From an uncultured Tepidimonas sp. (GTDB lineage Bacteria; Pseudomonadota; Gammaproteobacteria; Burkholderiales; Burkholderiaceae_C): 52,895 nt of DNA. Shown in pieces: positions 18,435 to 27,854 of this stretch (positions within the stretch are counted from its first letter, which is position 1; the number at the start of each line of letters is the position of its first letter). Made by a program: the position numbers and the translations under genes. The notes under the pieces are model-generated. The model searched no databases. It was given only the letters and a program-made list of their open reading frames with translations, and was not told the DNA's origin. Where the stretch lies: contig CAZEZY010000001.1 in the NCBI GenBank assembly GCA_964516635.1, positions 1 through 52,895 on the forward strand, written 5' to 3'.

Positions 18435-20288
18435 ATGCCCTCATCTTTTGACAATCGCAGCTATCTGCTGTGGGTGTCACTCACCACCCTGCTGCTGACG
18501 GTCGGTCTGGCCGTCACGGCCGCCATCTCACTGAGGCAATCCGATTCGGTCGAAGCCGCTGCCCGCCTGCAGGCGGACTCGGTCACCGCGCTGACCTTTC
18601 AGGCAGAAAGAGAGTTTCTGCGGTTCCGAAACGAGCTTCAGCTCGCCCTGACCTCACCCCATTCGGGCGCCTGGGATGCCGTGCAGATGCGATTCGACAT
18701 TTTTGCGAGTCGCGTCACCCTCTTGCGCGAAAACCCCAGCATGACCAAGCTCCGAGGCCGGCCCGAGTACAACGCCACCCTGCCTGAACTGATCGCTCTG
18801 GTTGAGCAGATCGATGTCTGGCTGGCAGACCCCTCCGTGCATCACGCATCGCTGAACCGGTTGCTGGGGCGGATGATCGAGATGGGACCCGATGTGCAGT
18901 CGCTGTCTTTTGCGGCGAACAGCGAAGTGACACACCTCATGGATCAGCAGGTTGATGTGGTCAGACAGCAGCACCGGATGATCGGGTGGCTGGTGATCGT
19001 CCAGTTGCTGGTGATTGCGGCGGCCACCGCGAGCCTGTTCAACCGGCACAGGCGACTCCAGCGGGAACAGATGGCCCTGGAGCGGCTCAACCGGCAATTG
19101 CTCATGGCCAAAGACGCGGCCGAAGCGGCTGACCGTGCCAAAGCCCATTTTCTGGCGAACATGAGCCATGAGCTTCGAACACCCTTCAATGGCATGCTGG
19201 GCATGATCGACATGGTGAGCGAGTCCAGGCTCGACACGGCGCAGCGTGAGCAGATTCAAATGGCCCGACAGTCGGCCGAGCACCTGTTGCGCTTGTTGAA
19301 TGACATCCTGGACATGTCGGCCATCGAGGCAGGCAAACTGAAAATCCGACCCGAACCCTGTGAGGTTCCCAGACTGCTGACCGAGGTCTGCGAACTGCTT
19401 CAGGTGGAAGCCTCTCAGAAAGGCCTCACATGGAGCCTCGATCTGCATACCGGCCCGCCGCAAACGGTGATGGTTGACCCCACCCGCCTCAGACAGATCC
19501 TGCTCAACCTCATGGGAAATGCCGTCAAATTCACAACAGAGGGCCATGTGGCGGTGGAACTGCACGAAGCCACTGACAACGGGCAGATTCGGTGGACCAT
19601 TGCCGTGAGCGATACCGGACCCGGCATGGATGAGCGCACGCAGCGTCGCCTGTTTCAGCGTTTCCATCAGCTGGATGACTCCGCCAGCCGTCAGCATGGC
19701 GGGACCGGCCTGGGACTGGAAATTTCCCGCAATCTCGCCCGCCTCATGGGTGGCGAGATTCAGGTACAGAGCCAGTCAGGCCTGGGTTCGTGTTTCACCG
19801 TCACACTGACCACACCCGTCTGTGCAGATGACATCGTTGCGCAGGGTCCTGGCACCGTGGCCCCCGGGGAGCATCAGGTGATCAGCACGGGAAGATTGCG
19901 CATTCTGGTGGCCGAGGACCATCCGGTCAATCGCCAACTGGTGGGGATGCAGCTCGACAAGCTCGGACATGAAGCGATCTTTGCCGTCAACGGACGCGAA
20001 GCGGTTGAGCGACTGGCGTCCTCCGATGGGATTTCGCTGGTGCTGATGGACCTGCACATGCCGGGAATGGACGGCCTGGAGGCCACCCGGCACATCCGTC
20101 AATGGGATGGCCCGAAAGGGCGGATTCCGATCATTGCCCTCACCGCCGATGTGCTGGAAGACACCCGCCACAAAGCTCTGGCCAGTGGCATCAACGAATA
20201 CCTGATGAAACCAGTCCGGCAGGCGGCACTGCATGCCGTCATTCATCGCTGGGTCAACCCCTCCGCGACGCAGTCGACGCCGTCTTGA
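18435..20288 (+). CDS. hybrid sensor histidine kinase / response regulator
   Basis: Two TM segments flank a periplasmic region of about 150 aa. HisKA H-box NMSHELRTPFNGMLG; HATPase N and G boxes (NLMGNAVKFT, DTGPGM, GGTGLGL). The C-terminal receiver has ILVAEDHPVN...LMDLHMPGMDG. Confidence 0.9.
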   Translation: MPSSFDNRSYLLWVSLTTLLLTVGLAVTAAISLRQSDSVEAAARLQADSVTALTFQAEREFLRFRNELQLALTSPHSGAWDAVQMRFDIFASRVTLLRENPSMTKLRGRPEYNATLPELIALVEQIDVWLADPSVHHASLNRLLGRMIEMGPDVQSLSFAANSEVTHLMDQQVDVVRQQHRMIGWLVIVQLLVIAAATASLFNRHRRLQREQMALERLNRQLLMAKDAAEAADRAKAHFLANMSHELRTPFNGMLGMIDMVSESRLDTAQREQIQMARQSAEHLLRLLNDILDMSAIEAGKLKIRPEPCEVPRLLTEVCELLQVEASQKGLTWSLDLHTGPPQTVMVDPTRLRQILLNLMGNAVKFTTEGHVAVELHEATDNGQIRWTIAVSDTGPGMDERTQRRLFQRFHQLDDSASRQHGGTGLGLEISRNLARLMGGEIQVQSQSGLGSCFTVTLTTPVCADDIVAQGPGTVAPGEHQVISTGRLRILVAEDHPVNRQLVGMQLDKLGHEAIFAVNGREAVERLASSDGISLVLMDLHMPGMDGLEATRHIRQWDGPKGRIPIIALTADVLEDTRHKALASGINEYLMKPVRQAALHAVIHRWVNPSATQSTPS

Positions 20289-20298
20289 GTCCAGGGAC

Positions 20299-20634
20299 TC
20301 ACCACCCCCCGATCAGACGCAGGGGCAGATAGACCGCCATGCCACAGACGATCGTTCCCAGCACCCCGCCCCGCCAGAAAAACCAGCCAGCGCCCGCCAT
20401 CGCGGCAAACAGTCGCGCATCTTTCCAGGTCGCGATCAGCTGACCCTGATCGGCGATCACCTCAGGGATGACCACCGCAGCCAGGGCGGCAATCGGGGCA
20501 TACTGAAGACCTCGCTCCGCCCAGCGAGGCAATTGCCATTCCTGGTCAGTGAAGAAGAAAAAGCCGCGGGTGATCACGGTCACTGCCGCGAGACCGATGA
20601 TCGTGATCCAGGTGAGCAGGTTGAAATCAGCCAT
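20299..20634 (-). CDS. azlD: AzlD branched-chain amino acid exporter small subunit
   Basis: Track ORF trimmed to MADFNLLTWITIIGLAAVTVITRGFFF. About 111 aa, hydrophobic. Overlaps the azlC stop by 8 nt. Confidence 0.75.
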   Translation of the reverse strand: MADFNLLTWITIIGLAAVTVITRGFFFFTDQEWQLPRWAERGLQYAPIAALAAVVIPEVIADQGQLIATWKDARLFAAMAGAGWFFWRGGVLGTIVCGMAVYLPLRLIGGW

Positions 20635-21376
20635 GTGGCGATACCGGCTTGCCTCGCAACCACCGAGGTCCGTGGGCTTCGGCAATCAGACAGAATGCCA
20701 CGGCGGCTGCAATGGCCACCACAATGTTCAGCTTCAGCGGGAGCGCCCAGGCCGCGATCGCAGCGGCACCCGCCACCCCCGCTGAAACCACCCGCAAACG
20801 GGACGTGGCCAGCGAGCAACCTACCCCGAGCAAGGCCAGAATGCCCGCAAAACCCAGGCCCCACTCGGGAGGCACGACATGGGCCAGAGCGATGCCGATC
20901 AGGCTGGCGACCATCCAGGCCACGTAATTCACCGCGCAGTTGCCAGCCAGATAGGCTTGCTGGCGGATTTTGGCCTCTTCGGTCTGGCCCGGCTTGGGAT
21001 AGCGTCGTGCAAAGAACACATAGCTCAGATCGCCAGTGACATAGCCGGTCGCCAGACGCTCCCGGAGGGGCATGTGCATCACGTATGGCCTGAGGTGGGC
21101 CGAAAAGACCACGAATCGCAGGTTGACACAGAAAGCGGCGGCCAGAATCACCCACATCGGGGCACCCGATGCCATGAGCGGAACGGCCGTCAACTGGGCA
21201 CTTCCCGCATAGACCAGGAGGGTCATCGCCGTCGCCTCCAGCACGCTCAGCCCCGACTTGACCATGGCCACGCCGGTCATCAGCCCCCAGGCCGCGATGC
21301 CGGTGGCCACACCGGCCTGATCACGAACACCTTCCCAGTATTCGGCCTGCTGTCGATAGAGCGCCCGCCAGAACAT
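20627..21376 (-). CDS. azlC: AzlC family branched-chain amino acid exporter
   Basis: Trimmed to MFWRALYRQQ. Multi-TM, with the YAGSAQL motif typical of AzlC. Confidence 0.8.
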   Translation of the reverse strand: MFWRALYRQQAEYWEGVRDQAGVATGIAAWGLMTGVAMVKSGLSVLEATAMTLLVYAGSAQLTAVPLMASGAPMWVILAAAFCVNLRFVVFSAHLRPYVMHMPLRERLATGYVTGDLSYVFFARRYPKPGQTEEAKIRQQAYLAGNCAVNYVAWMVASLIGIALAHVVPPEWGLGFAGILALLGVGCSLATSRLRVVSAGVAGAAAIAAWALPLKLNIVVAIAAAVAFCLIAEAHGPRWLRGKPVSPHG

Positions 21377-21377
21377 G

Positions 21378-22358
21378 TCAGGCGTCAGTGACAGACAAAG
21401 GGCCGAGATGGACACCCGCCCGCATGGCATGCCCGGTCAGAAATTCGGCGACAGGCAGGCGTTTGCCACCGGCTCGCTGAAGCTCGGTGAGGCGCAGAAC
21501 CCCGTCTCCGGTGGCGACCGCAATCCCCTCTTTGCTGACATCCAGCACCGTCCCGGGTGTGGCAGAGCAGGGCGCGACCTGGTCATCACACCGGGCAGCC
21601 CAGACCTTGATCATGTCTGCGCCTTGCCACGTCACCATACCGGGGAAGGGATCGAAAGCGCGCAGACGACGCTGCAACCGAACAGCCGGCTCGGACCAGT
21701 CGATCAGGGATTCGGCCTTGTTGATCTTGGACGCATAGGTCACGCCAGTCAGTGGCTGCGGCCGAGGGGTCAATCCGCCGCAAGCAGCCAGTTCCAGTGC
21801 CTCGACAATGAGCCGTCCGCCCAGCGCCGCCAGCCTGTCATGCAGCGAGCCTGTCGTGTCTTGCGCGTGAATGGCCAGGCTTTCCTGAATCAGCATGTCA
21901 CCGGTATCCAGCCCCTCGTCCATCTGCATGATGGTGACCCCGGTCTCGCGGTCGCCAGCCTCGATGGCACGGTGGATGGGGGCAGCCCCACGCCAGCGGG
22001 GCAACAGCGAGGCATGAACATTCAGACAACCCATCCGGGGGAGGCCGAGCACCCAGGCAGGCAGAATCAGGCCATAGGCCACCACCACCATCACATCGGC
22101 GCTGGCAGCCAGAAGGGCTTCACGGGCCGACTCCGCATCGTCGGCATACCGACCCTCCCGCCTCAACCCCGCTGGTTGAATCACGTCGATTCCATGAGAC
22201 ACAGCCAGTTGCTTGACAGCAGAGGCCTGCATCTTCAAGCCCCGGCCCGCCGGCCGATCCGGCTGTGTCAAGACCAGAGGCACATCGAAACCAGCCTGCA
22301 TGAGCGCAGCGAGCGAACTGGCGGCAAAAGCTGGCGTACCGGCAAAAATCACCCGCAT
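21378..22358 (-). CDS. fmt: methionyl-tRNA formyltransferase
   Basis: [14 protein letters not shown]-terminus, [16 protein letters not shown] motif. Directly downstream of def. Confidence 0.93.
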   Translation of the reverse strand: MRVIFAGTPAFAASSLAALMQAGFDVPLVLTQPDRPAGRGLKMQASAVKQLAVSHGIDVIQPAGLRREGRYADDAESAREALLAASADVMVVVAYGLILPAWVLGLPRMGCLNVHASLLPRWRGAAPIHRAIEAGDRETGVTIMQMDEGLDTGDMLIQESLAIHAQDTTGSLHDRLAALGGRLIVEALELAACGGLTPRPQPLTGVTYASKINKAESLIDWSEPAVRLQRRLRAFDPFPGMVTWQGADMIKVWAARCDDQVAPCSATPGTVLDVSKEGIAVATGDGVLRLTELQRAGGKRLPVAEFLTGHAMRAGVHLGPLSVTDA

Positions 22359-22370
22359 CCGGCGGCCCAT

Positions 22371-22889
22371 TCAGCGCGACGCCTCGCGTTCGGCCTTCAG
22401 CAGCTTGGACTTGATCCGGTTGCGCTTCAGCGGGGACAGATACTCGACGAACACCTTGCCCAGCAGATGATCCATCTCATGCTGGATGCAGACGGCCAGC
22501 AGACCTTCGGCACTGATTTCCCGGGACCGGCCGTCGCCGTCCAGCGCCCTCACACGGACGGCCACCGATCGCTCCACTCCATCGTAGATGCCGGGTACAG
22601 ACAGACACCCCTCTTCGCCCTTGCGCTTCTCCTCGCTGGCCCAGACCAGTTCCGGGTTGATCAGCACCATCGGCTCATTCCGCTCCTCGCTCACATCCAT
22701 GACAATGAGTCGCTCATGAATGTCCACCTGAGTCGCGGCCAGACCGATGCCATTGGCCTCGTACATGGTGGCCAGCATGCGTGCAATGATGGCACGCACC
22801 CGGTCGTCCACCTGTCCAATGGGTTTGGCCACCTTGTGCAGCCGAGGGTCCGGGTACCGCAAAATCGTCAACAATTCGGGCTGATTCAT
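22371..22889 (-). CDS. def: peptide deformylase
   Basis: Three Def motifs: [24 protein letters not shown]. Start at 22889 (MNQPELL) or 22904 (MHSQTMNQ). Confidence 0.93.
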   Translation of the reverse strand: MNQPELLTILRYPDPRLHKVAKPIGQVDDRVRAIIARMLATMYEANGIGLAATQVDIHERLIVMDVSEERNEPMVLINPELVWASEEKRKGEEGCLSVPGIYDGVERSVAVRVRALDGDGRSREISAEGLLAVCIQHEMDHLLGKVFVEYLSPLKRNRIKSKLLKAEREASR

Positions 22890-23101
22890 CGTCTGTGAGT
22901 GCATGGAAGGCCCTATCGGCCTCGGAATGTCGTTATTTTCGCCACTTTAGAGCCATCCATCAGGCCCATCCCGCCGATATCATTGCCATAAATAAGGCTT
23001 GATCGCAAAATCTCCAGCGATGGCATCACAATACCGCGACAGGTAGGACTTTCTTGAACCGCATTCACCACACCCGCCGGCCGGATCACAGGGCCCCATT
23101 C

Positions 23102-24352
23102 ATGTGCACCACAAACCCTAACGACCGTTCCCTTTCCGTCTCATGGCGCATCCGCATCCTGAAGACGTGTGCGATTTCGATGGTGATGCTGGGAAGCACA
23201 ACGGCATTCACCCAGACATTCCCCAACCTGCCCGTCACCGATGGTCAGCGAACCGCCGCACGTCAGGTGGCGCAGGCAGGCCTGCCGGTCAGCGAACTGG
23301 CGCCGAATGCCCCTGACCGTTACACCATCAAGCAAGGCGACACCCTATGGAACATTTCGGGGCTCTTTCTCCAGCACCCCTGGCGCTGGCCCGAACTCTG
23401 GGGCATGAACATGGACCAGGTCCGCAACCCGCATCTGATCTTTCCCGGACAGGTGCTGGTTCTCAACCGCGCGGGCGATCGGGCTGTCCTGACGTTTGAC
23501 CAAACCGCGGGTGATGTTCCGACGGTGAAGCTGTCGCCCCGGATACGTGCCGAAAGCCTGGCAGACGCGGCCATTCCCCCCATTCCACGCCATGTGATCG
23601 AGCCCTTCCTGACGGAATCTCTGGTCGTGGATGAAGCGGCTCACTCCCGTGCCCCTCGCATTGTGGCCACCCCGGAAAGCCGGGTTCTTCTCAGCCGAGG
23701 GGATCGTGCCTATGCGCGCGGGCAGTACGGTACACCCAATGCCCTGGACGGGCTGGCATTGAGCACGGCCGATGGCAAACCACGGGTTCACCGGGTTTAC
23801 CGGAATGCCGTTCCACTGCTCGATCCCACAACGGGTGAGGTGCTGGGTTATGAAGCCCAGTTCATCGGCAAAACCCAGTTGGTCAGAGGGGAGCGCCTGC
23901 GCGAGACAACCAGCAACGGAACAACCACGGTTCAAGTGGAGCCCGCCACGATCGACATCACGATGGCCCGGGAAGAAATCCGGATCGGTGACCGGCTCCT
24001 TCCCGAACCCGAGCGTGAAGTGCCGGTGTACGTCCCTCGTGCGCCGTCCAGCGTGCAGTCCGGCCAGATCGTGAAGGCCTATGGAAATGCATTGCGTTTC
24101 AGTGGTCAGAACCAGGTGGTTGTCATCAATCGCGGGGCCTCGCATGGCCTCGAACGCGGGCATGTACTGGCCGTCCTGAAAGACGCCGATGTGGTGACTG
24201 ACACCACCGACGCCGCGCGCACCCCGCTTCAACTCCCGGGTGAGCGCAATGGTCTCATGATGGTGTTCCGTACCTTTGACAAGGTGTCCTATGCCTTGGT
24301 CCTGCAAATCACCGACGGGGTGAAAGTGGGCGACCGTTTCGTCAGTCCCTGA
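23102..24352 (+). CDS. LysM peptidoglycan-binding domain protein (the conserved dprA-upstream gene)
   Basis: The LysM motif is YTIKQGDTLWNISGLFL...FPGQVLVL. Divergent from def-fmt and immediately upstream of dprA. The track start (TTG 23054) is uncertain; ATG 23102 is chosen. Confidence 0.7.
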   Translation: MCTTNPNDRSLSVSWRIRILKTCAISMVMLGSTTAFTQTFPNLPVTDGQRTAARQVAQAGLPVSELAPNAPDRYTIKQGDTLWNISGLFLQHPWRWPELWGMNMDQVRNPHLIFPGQVLVLNRAGDRAVLTFDQTAGDVPTVKLSPRIRAESLADAAIPPIPRHVIEPFLTESLVVDEAAHSRAPRIVATPESRVLLSRGDRAYARGQYGTPNALDGLALSTADGKPRVHRVYRNAVPLLDPTTGEVLGYEAQFIGKTQLVRGERLRETTSNGTTTVQVEPATIDITMAREEIRIGDRLLPEPEREVPVYVPRAPSSVQSGQIVKAYGNALRFSGQNQVVVINRGASHGLERGHVLAVLKDADVVTDTTDAARTPLQLPGERNGLMMVFRTFDKVSYALVLQITDGVKVGDRFVSP

Positions 24353-24363
24353 CGGCGGGCCGG

Positions 24364-25464
24364 ATGCAGCAATCCGAACTGGGCGCCTGGTTGCGCCTGT
24401 CTGCCGCGCATGGCGTTGGTAACGTACACACTCGCCGTCTCCTGGCCACCTTTGGTTCGCCTGAAGCGGTGCAAGACGCCAGCCATGCGGCGCTGGCACA
24501 GGTCGTGGGCGAACGGCTGGCCGCCTCTATCAGACAGGCAGATGCCAAGACCCTGCTGGCCGCCACGCTGGCCTGGCTTGAAGCCTTGCCTGACAGGCAA
24601 GTCATTGCCATGGGGGACCCCCGTTACCCCAGCGCTTTGCTTCAAACCGAAGACCCACCCTTCCTGATCTACGTCCACGGACAGATTCAGGCCTTGCAGC
24701 ACCCTCGCTCGGTCGCTCTGGTGGGCAGCCGGAACCCCACACCTCAAGGTCTGGACAATGCGAAAGCCTTTGCCCGGGCCCTGAGTCAGCAAGGGGTCTG
24801 TGTCGTGTCCGGCCTGGCCCTGGGGGTGGATGGTGCCGCCCACGAGGGGGCTCTGGAAGGCGGTTCGCCCACCGTGGCGGTCGTCGGGACCGGCCTCGAC
24901 AGGGTGTATCCGAAGCGGCATCTCGAACTGGCCAGGCGGATCGTGCAACAAGGCGCCATGATCAGCGAATACCCCATTGGCACTCCACCACTGGCACCCA
25001 ATTTCCCCAGACGCAACCGGATCATTGCAGGCCTGTCCCAGGGCACGCTGGTGGTCGAAGCCGCCTTGCAATCCGGGTCGCTGATCACGGCCGAACAGGC
25101 CCTGCAGATGGGCCGCGAGGTGTTTGCCATACCCGGGTCTATCCATGCCCCCCAATCCCGGGGTTGCCACGCCCTGATTCGGCAAGGCGCCAAACTGGTC
25201 GAGTCCGCTCAGGATGTGCTGGAGGATCTGCGATGGGATGCCATCCTCCAGCCCCAGACTCAGCAGACCGAACCGATGCTCGACACATCAGACCCCTGCG
25301 AGGTGATGGACGCCATGGGTTTTGAGCCCTGTTCGCTCGATCGCCTGCAGGATCGGACCGGCATCGACACGGCGCGGCTCCAGGCAAGGCTGCTGGAACT
25401 CGAGCTCGATGGACAGGTCAGCCGGTTGCCAGGCGGTCAGTTTCAGCGATGCGTGCCCGCCTGA
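24364..25464 (+). CDS. dprA: DNA-processing protein DprA (Smf)
   Basis: VGSRNPTPQG...VSGLALGVDGAAHEGAL Rossmann core, FPRRNRIIAGLS, SGSLITA. The C-terminal winged-helix tail is present. Confidence 0.9.
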   Translation: MQQSELGAWLRLSAAHGVGNVHTRRLLATFGSPEAVQDASHAALAQVVGERLAASIRQADAKTLLAATLAWLEALPDRQVIAMGDPRYPSALLQTEDPPFLIYVHGQIQALQHPRSVALVGSRNPTPQGLDNAKAFARALSQQGVCVVSGLALGVDGAAHEGALEGGSPTVAVVGTGLDRVYPKRHLELARRIVQQGAMISEYPIGTPPLAPNFPRRNRIIAGLSQGTLVVEAALQSGSLITAEQALQMGREVFAIPGSIHAPQSRGCHALIRQGAKLVESAQDVLEDLRWDAILQPQTQQTEPMLDTSDPCEVMDAMGFEPCSLDRLQDRTGIDTARLQARLLELELDGQVSRLPGGQFQRCVPA

Positions 25465-25469
25465 GGCAC

Positions 25470-27809
25470 TCAGTCGGTCTGAAGGAGTCGTTCGGGATTC
25501 GCTTCCAGCTTGCTCAAGGCCTGGCGGGTGGCACGGGTGGTGAGGGCCTCACCCTCACCGGGCCTTAACAGACCGGCTTTCAGATACATGGCCACTCGAC
25601 CCTGCTGCATCAGCCACGACTGACGAACACCGTTCACAAACAGATACAGGTGTTTTTTCGGGCTCTGCCAAGCCAGTTGAACGATGGTCTCTTTCCCATT
25701 GTGCTCGAGGGCATGCCAGCCACCCAGCGGCAGGGCTGCCGCCCAAGCCAGCAGATGTCGAGGCGTGCGGGTTTCCGGATTGGGCAGCACCACCAGATGG
25801 TCTGCCTGCTCCCCGGTGAGCATTTCGAGGCTTTCCGGATTGAGTACCCAGTCGACCGACTGAGCTTCAGGCAGCACATCCTCAAGCGTGTTCAACTGCT
25901 GAGTCAGTCTCGCCAGCCAGGCTGGATCGATGGCTGCCGCTTTGGACATGAACGCCACAGCCAGGGCATCGCTGACGGGTTGAAGCACCTTTTCGATACG
26001 TGTGTCGTCATAACCGAGCAATGCCAGTCCCTCACGGACGTGCGCCATCAGGGCAGGCACCCTGGCGATCACCTGTGCGCGCTCCTGCCGGGTGGGTTTG
26101 GCACTGGCCGCCCACAGCAGATCGCTGGCGAGTGCCCGGAATGAAGCCGCCTTTTCGTGCTTTTCGCCGTAGACAACCGCCGCCTGGGACATCACCTCGG
26201 TCCAGGTTTCGAACAGAAAAGTGCGCAGGCTGTCGTGCACCGGCGCATCGGTCAGCAGCTTGCGCATCTCGATGGTGTATTGGATGGTGAGCGTCTCTTT
26301 CATCTCGAGCTGGCTGACCATGTCAACGACCTGATGGACCTCAGGATGCTCATGCACAGCCGCCCTCAGGAAGTCTTCAAATTCGCGAAGCATCAGCTCA
26401 AATGCCTTTCGCCCGGTCTCGGGATATTGCTCGATCACCTGGACAATCCGTTTGATCTCGGCTTCCAGCCGGTCAAGCTTCACCGATGGATCAAAACCCA
26501 GCACACACGATCCCATCCGGTCCAGCAACCTTCGCGCCGGGTGGTCTTCAGCCGTGAAGAAAACCGGGTCGGCCAGCGCGGTTCGCAGAACCGGTATCTG
26601 CAAGCGAGCGAACCACAGGCGGATGCTGGGTGGTATGCGATCTTCGCTCAGGATGCTGTCGAACATCAGGGCCACCAGTTCGATCACCGCCTTTTCGTTG
26701 TCGCTTCGAGCGGCCTTTTTGAGCACCCGGGACTGTGCCCTGAGTCCGGCGACGCCGGCCTCAAGACTGCTCCAGTCCATGGCGGGAAAGACCGCACACG
26801 ATGAAGCAGACAACAGGGGCGAACCTGTCGAAGGTTGCCCCCCCCAGGAAGACTGGGGTAACTGCTGACTGAAGAAGTGCAGCAGCCGTCGCGTCACCTC
26901 CTGAAGGCCGGATTTCTGAAAGGAGGCCGCGGGCAGATAGCCCGACAGCCCGGCAGCAACCTGGGACTGCAACGCATGAAAAGCCGGTAACGTGGCGGAT
27001 GTCCCGTTTTCCGGCCCCGCCATCGCGCCGCCCCGCGTCGAGGAGAGTGGCATCACATGGGTCAACTGACCCTGTCCCGTCCCGAACCCAGCTTCAGACG
27101 AGCCAGCCTCTGAGGGTGGGGCAGACCGGAAGGCGGCACCAGGCGCCAGCTGAATGGCCGATCGGCGCATGAGGCGGCGAAGATCAATTTCCGGGAGAAC
27201 GCCCTTTTCGATCAGATAACGGTTGGCTTCCACGTAAGCGGCCAGCACCCATTTCGCCAGGTGCTTGTGCAGGATGGTCTGGCACATCTGCCAGTCCAGC
27301 CGCAACAGCCCTGCCTTCAACCAAGCGTCCACGAGCCACTGAGCCAGTTGCAATGCCTGAACGATGTCTTTCTTGTCGAGGTCTTCGACAGCATCGAGGG
27401 ACTGAAGTCTCAGCCTCAACTCGTTGAACACCTCACTGGATTTGTCGACCATGACAAGCGCCGCCCTCGCCGCCAGGATCTGGTTTTCGACGGCCTCTTT
27501 CCCGACGAGGGAGAACTCGGCACCTTCCAGCCGGTGCTCCAGCGCCATCTCGAGAACTGGTTGGGAACTGACTTGGCCCCGCAGTCTGGCAGATGCCAGC
27601 TCTTCCCAACGCTTGCCCCCTGCTTTGAACCTCAGGTACGCATCTCGCAGCCTTTGCGCTTCCTCGCCAAACACCACCTCATCGCTGCGTTGGAGCAGAT
27701 GAGAACGGATCTGCTCGGATATGCCCGGCAGATCGGCGATCAGCTGACGAACAAAGACCTGCCTCGCTTCGGCACCCCATCCGGCAGGTGTTGGTGTGAC
27801 TGACTCCAC
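25470..27809 (-). CDS. large conserved protein of unknown function, DUF1631-like
   Basis: 779 aa with a GTG start. No TM or enzymatic motifs. The central block IELVALMFDSILSEDRIPPSIRLWFARLQIPVLRTALADPVFFTAEDHPARRLLDRMG matches my recollection of the DUF1631 signature; this is not verifiable here. Confidence 0.6.
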   Translation of the reverse strand: MESVTPTPAGWGAEARQVFVRQLIADLPGISEQIRSHLLQRSDEVVFGEEAQRLRDAYLRFKAGGKRWEELASARLRGQVSSQPVLEMALEHRLEGAEFSLVGKEAVENQILAARAALVMVDKSSEVFNELRLRLQSLDAVEDLDKKDIVQALQLAQWLVDAWLKAGLLRLDWQMCQTILHKHLAKWVLAAYVEANRYLIEKGVLPEIDLRRLMRRSAIQLAPGAAFRSAPPSEAGSSEAGFGTGQGQLTHVMPLSSTRGGAMAGPENGTSATLPAFHALQSQVAAGLSGYLPAASFQKSGLQEVTRRLLHFFSQQLPQSSWGGQPSTGSPLLSASSCAVFPAMDWSSLEAGVAGLRAQSRVLKKAARSDNEKAVIELVALMFDSILSEDRIPPSIRLWFARLQIPVLRTALADPVFFTAEDHPARRLLDRMGSCVLGFDPSVKLDRLEAEIKRIVQVIEQYPETGRKAFELMLREFEDFLRAAVHEHPEVHQVVDMVSQLEMKETLTIQYTIEMRKLLTDAPVHDSLRTFLFETWTEVMSQAAVVYGEKHEKAASFRALASDLLWAASAKPTRQERAQVIARVPALMAHVREGLALLGYDDTRIEKVLQPVSDALAVAFMSKAAAIDPAWLARLTQQLNTLEDVLPEAQSVDWVLNPESLEMLTGEQADHLVVLPNPETRTPRHLLAWAAALPLGGWHALEHNGKETIVQLAWQSPKKHLYLFVNGVRQSWLMQQGRVAMYLKAGLLRPGEGEALTTRATRQALSKLEANPERLLQTD

Positions 27810-27854
27810 GAGACCAAGTATCCCAGCTTCACCTGCTGGCAGGCGTGGGCTGTT

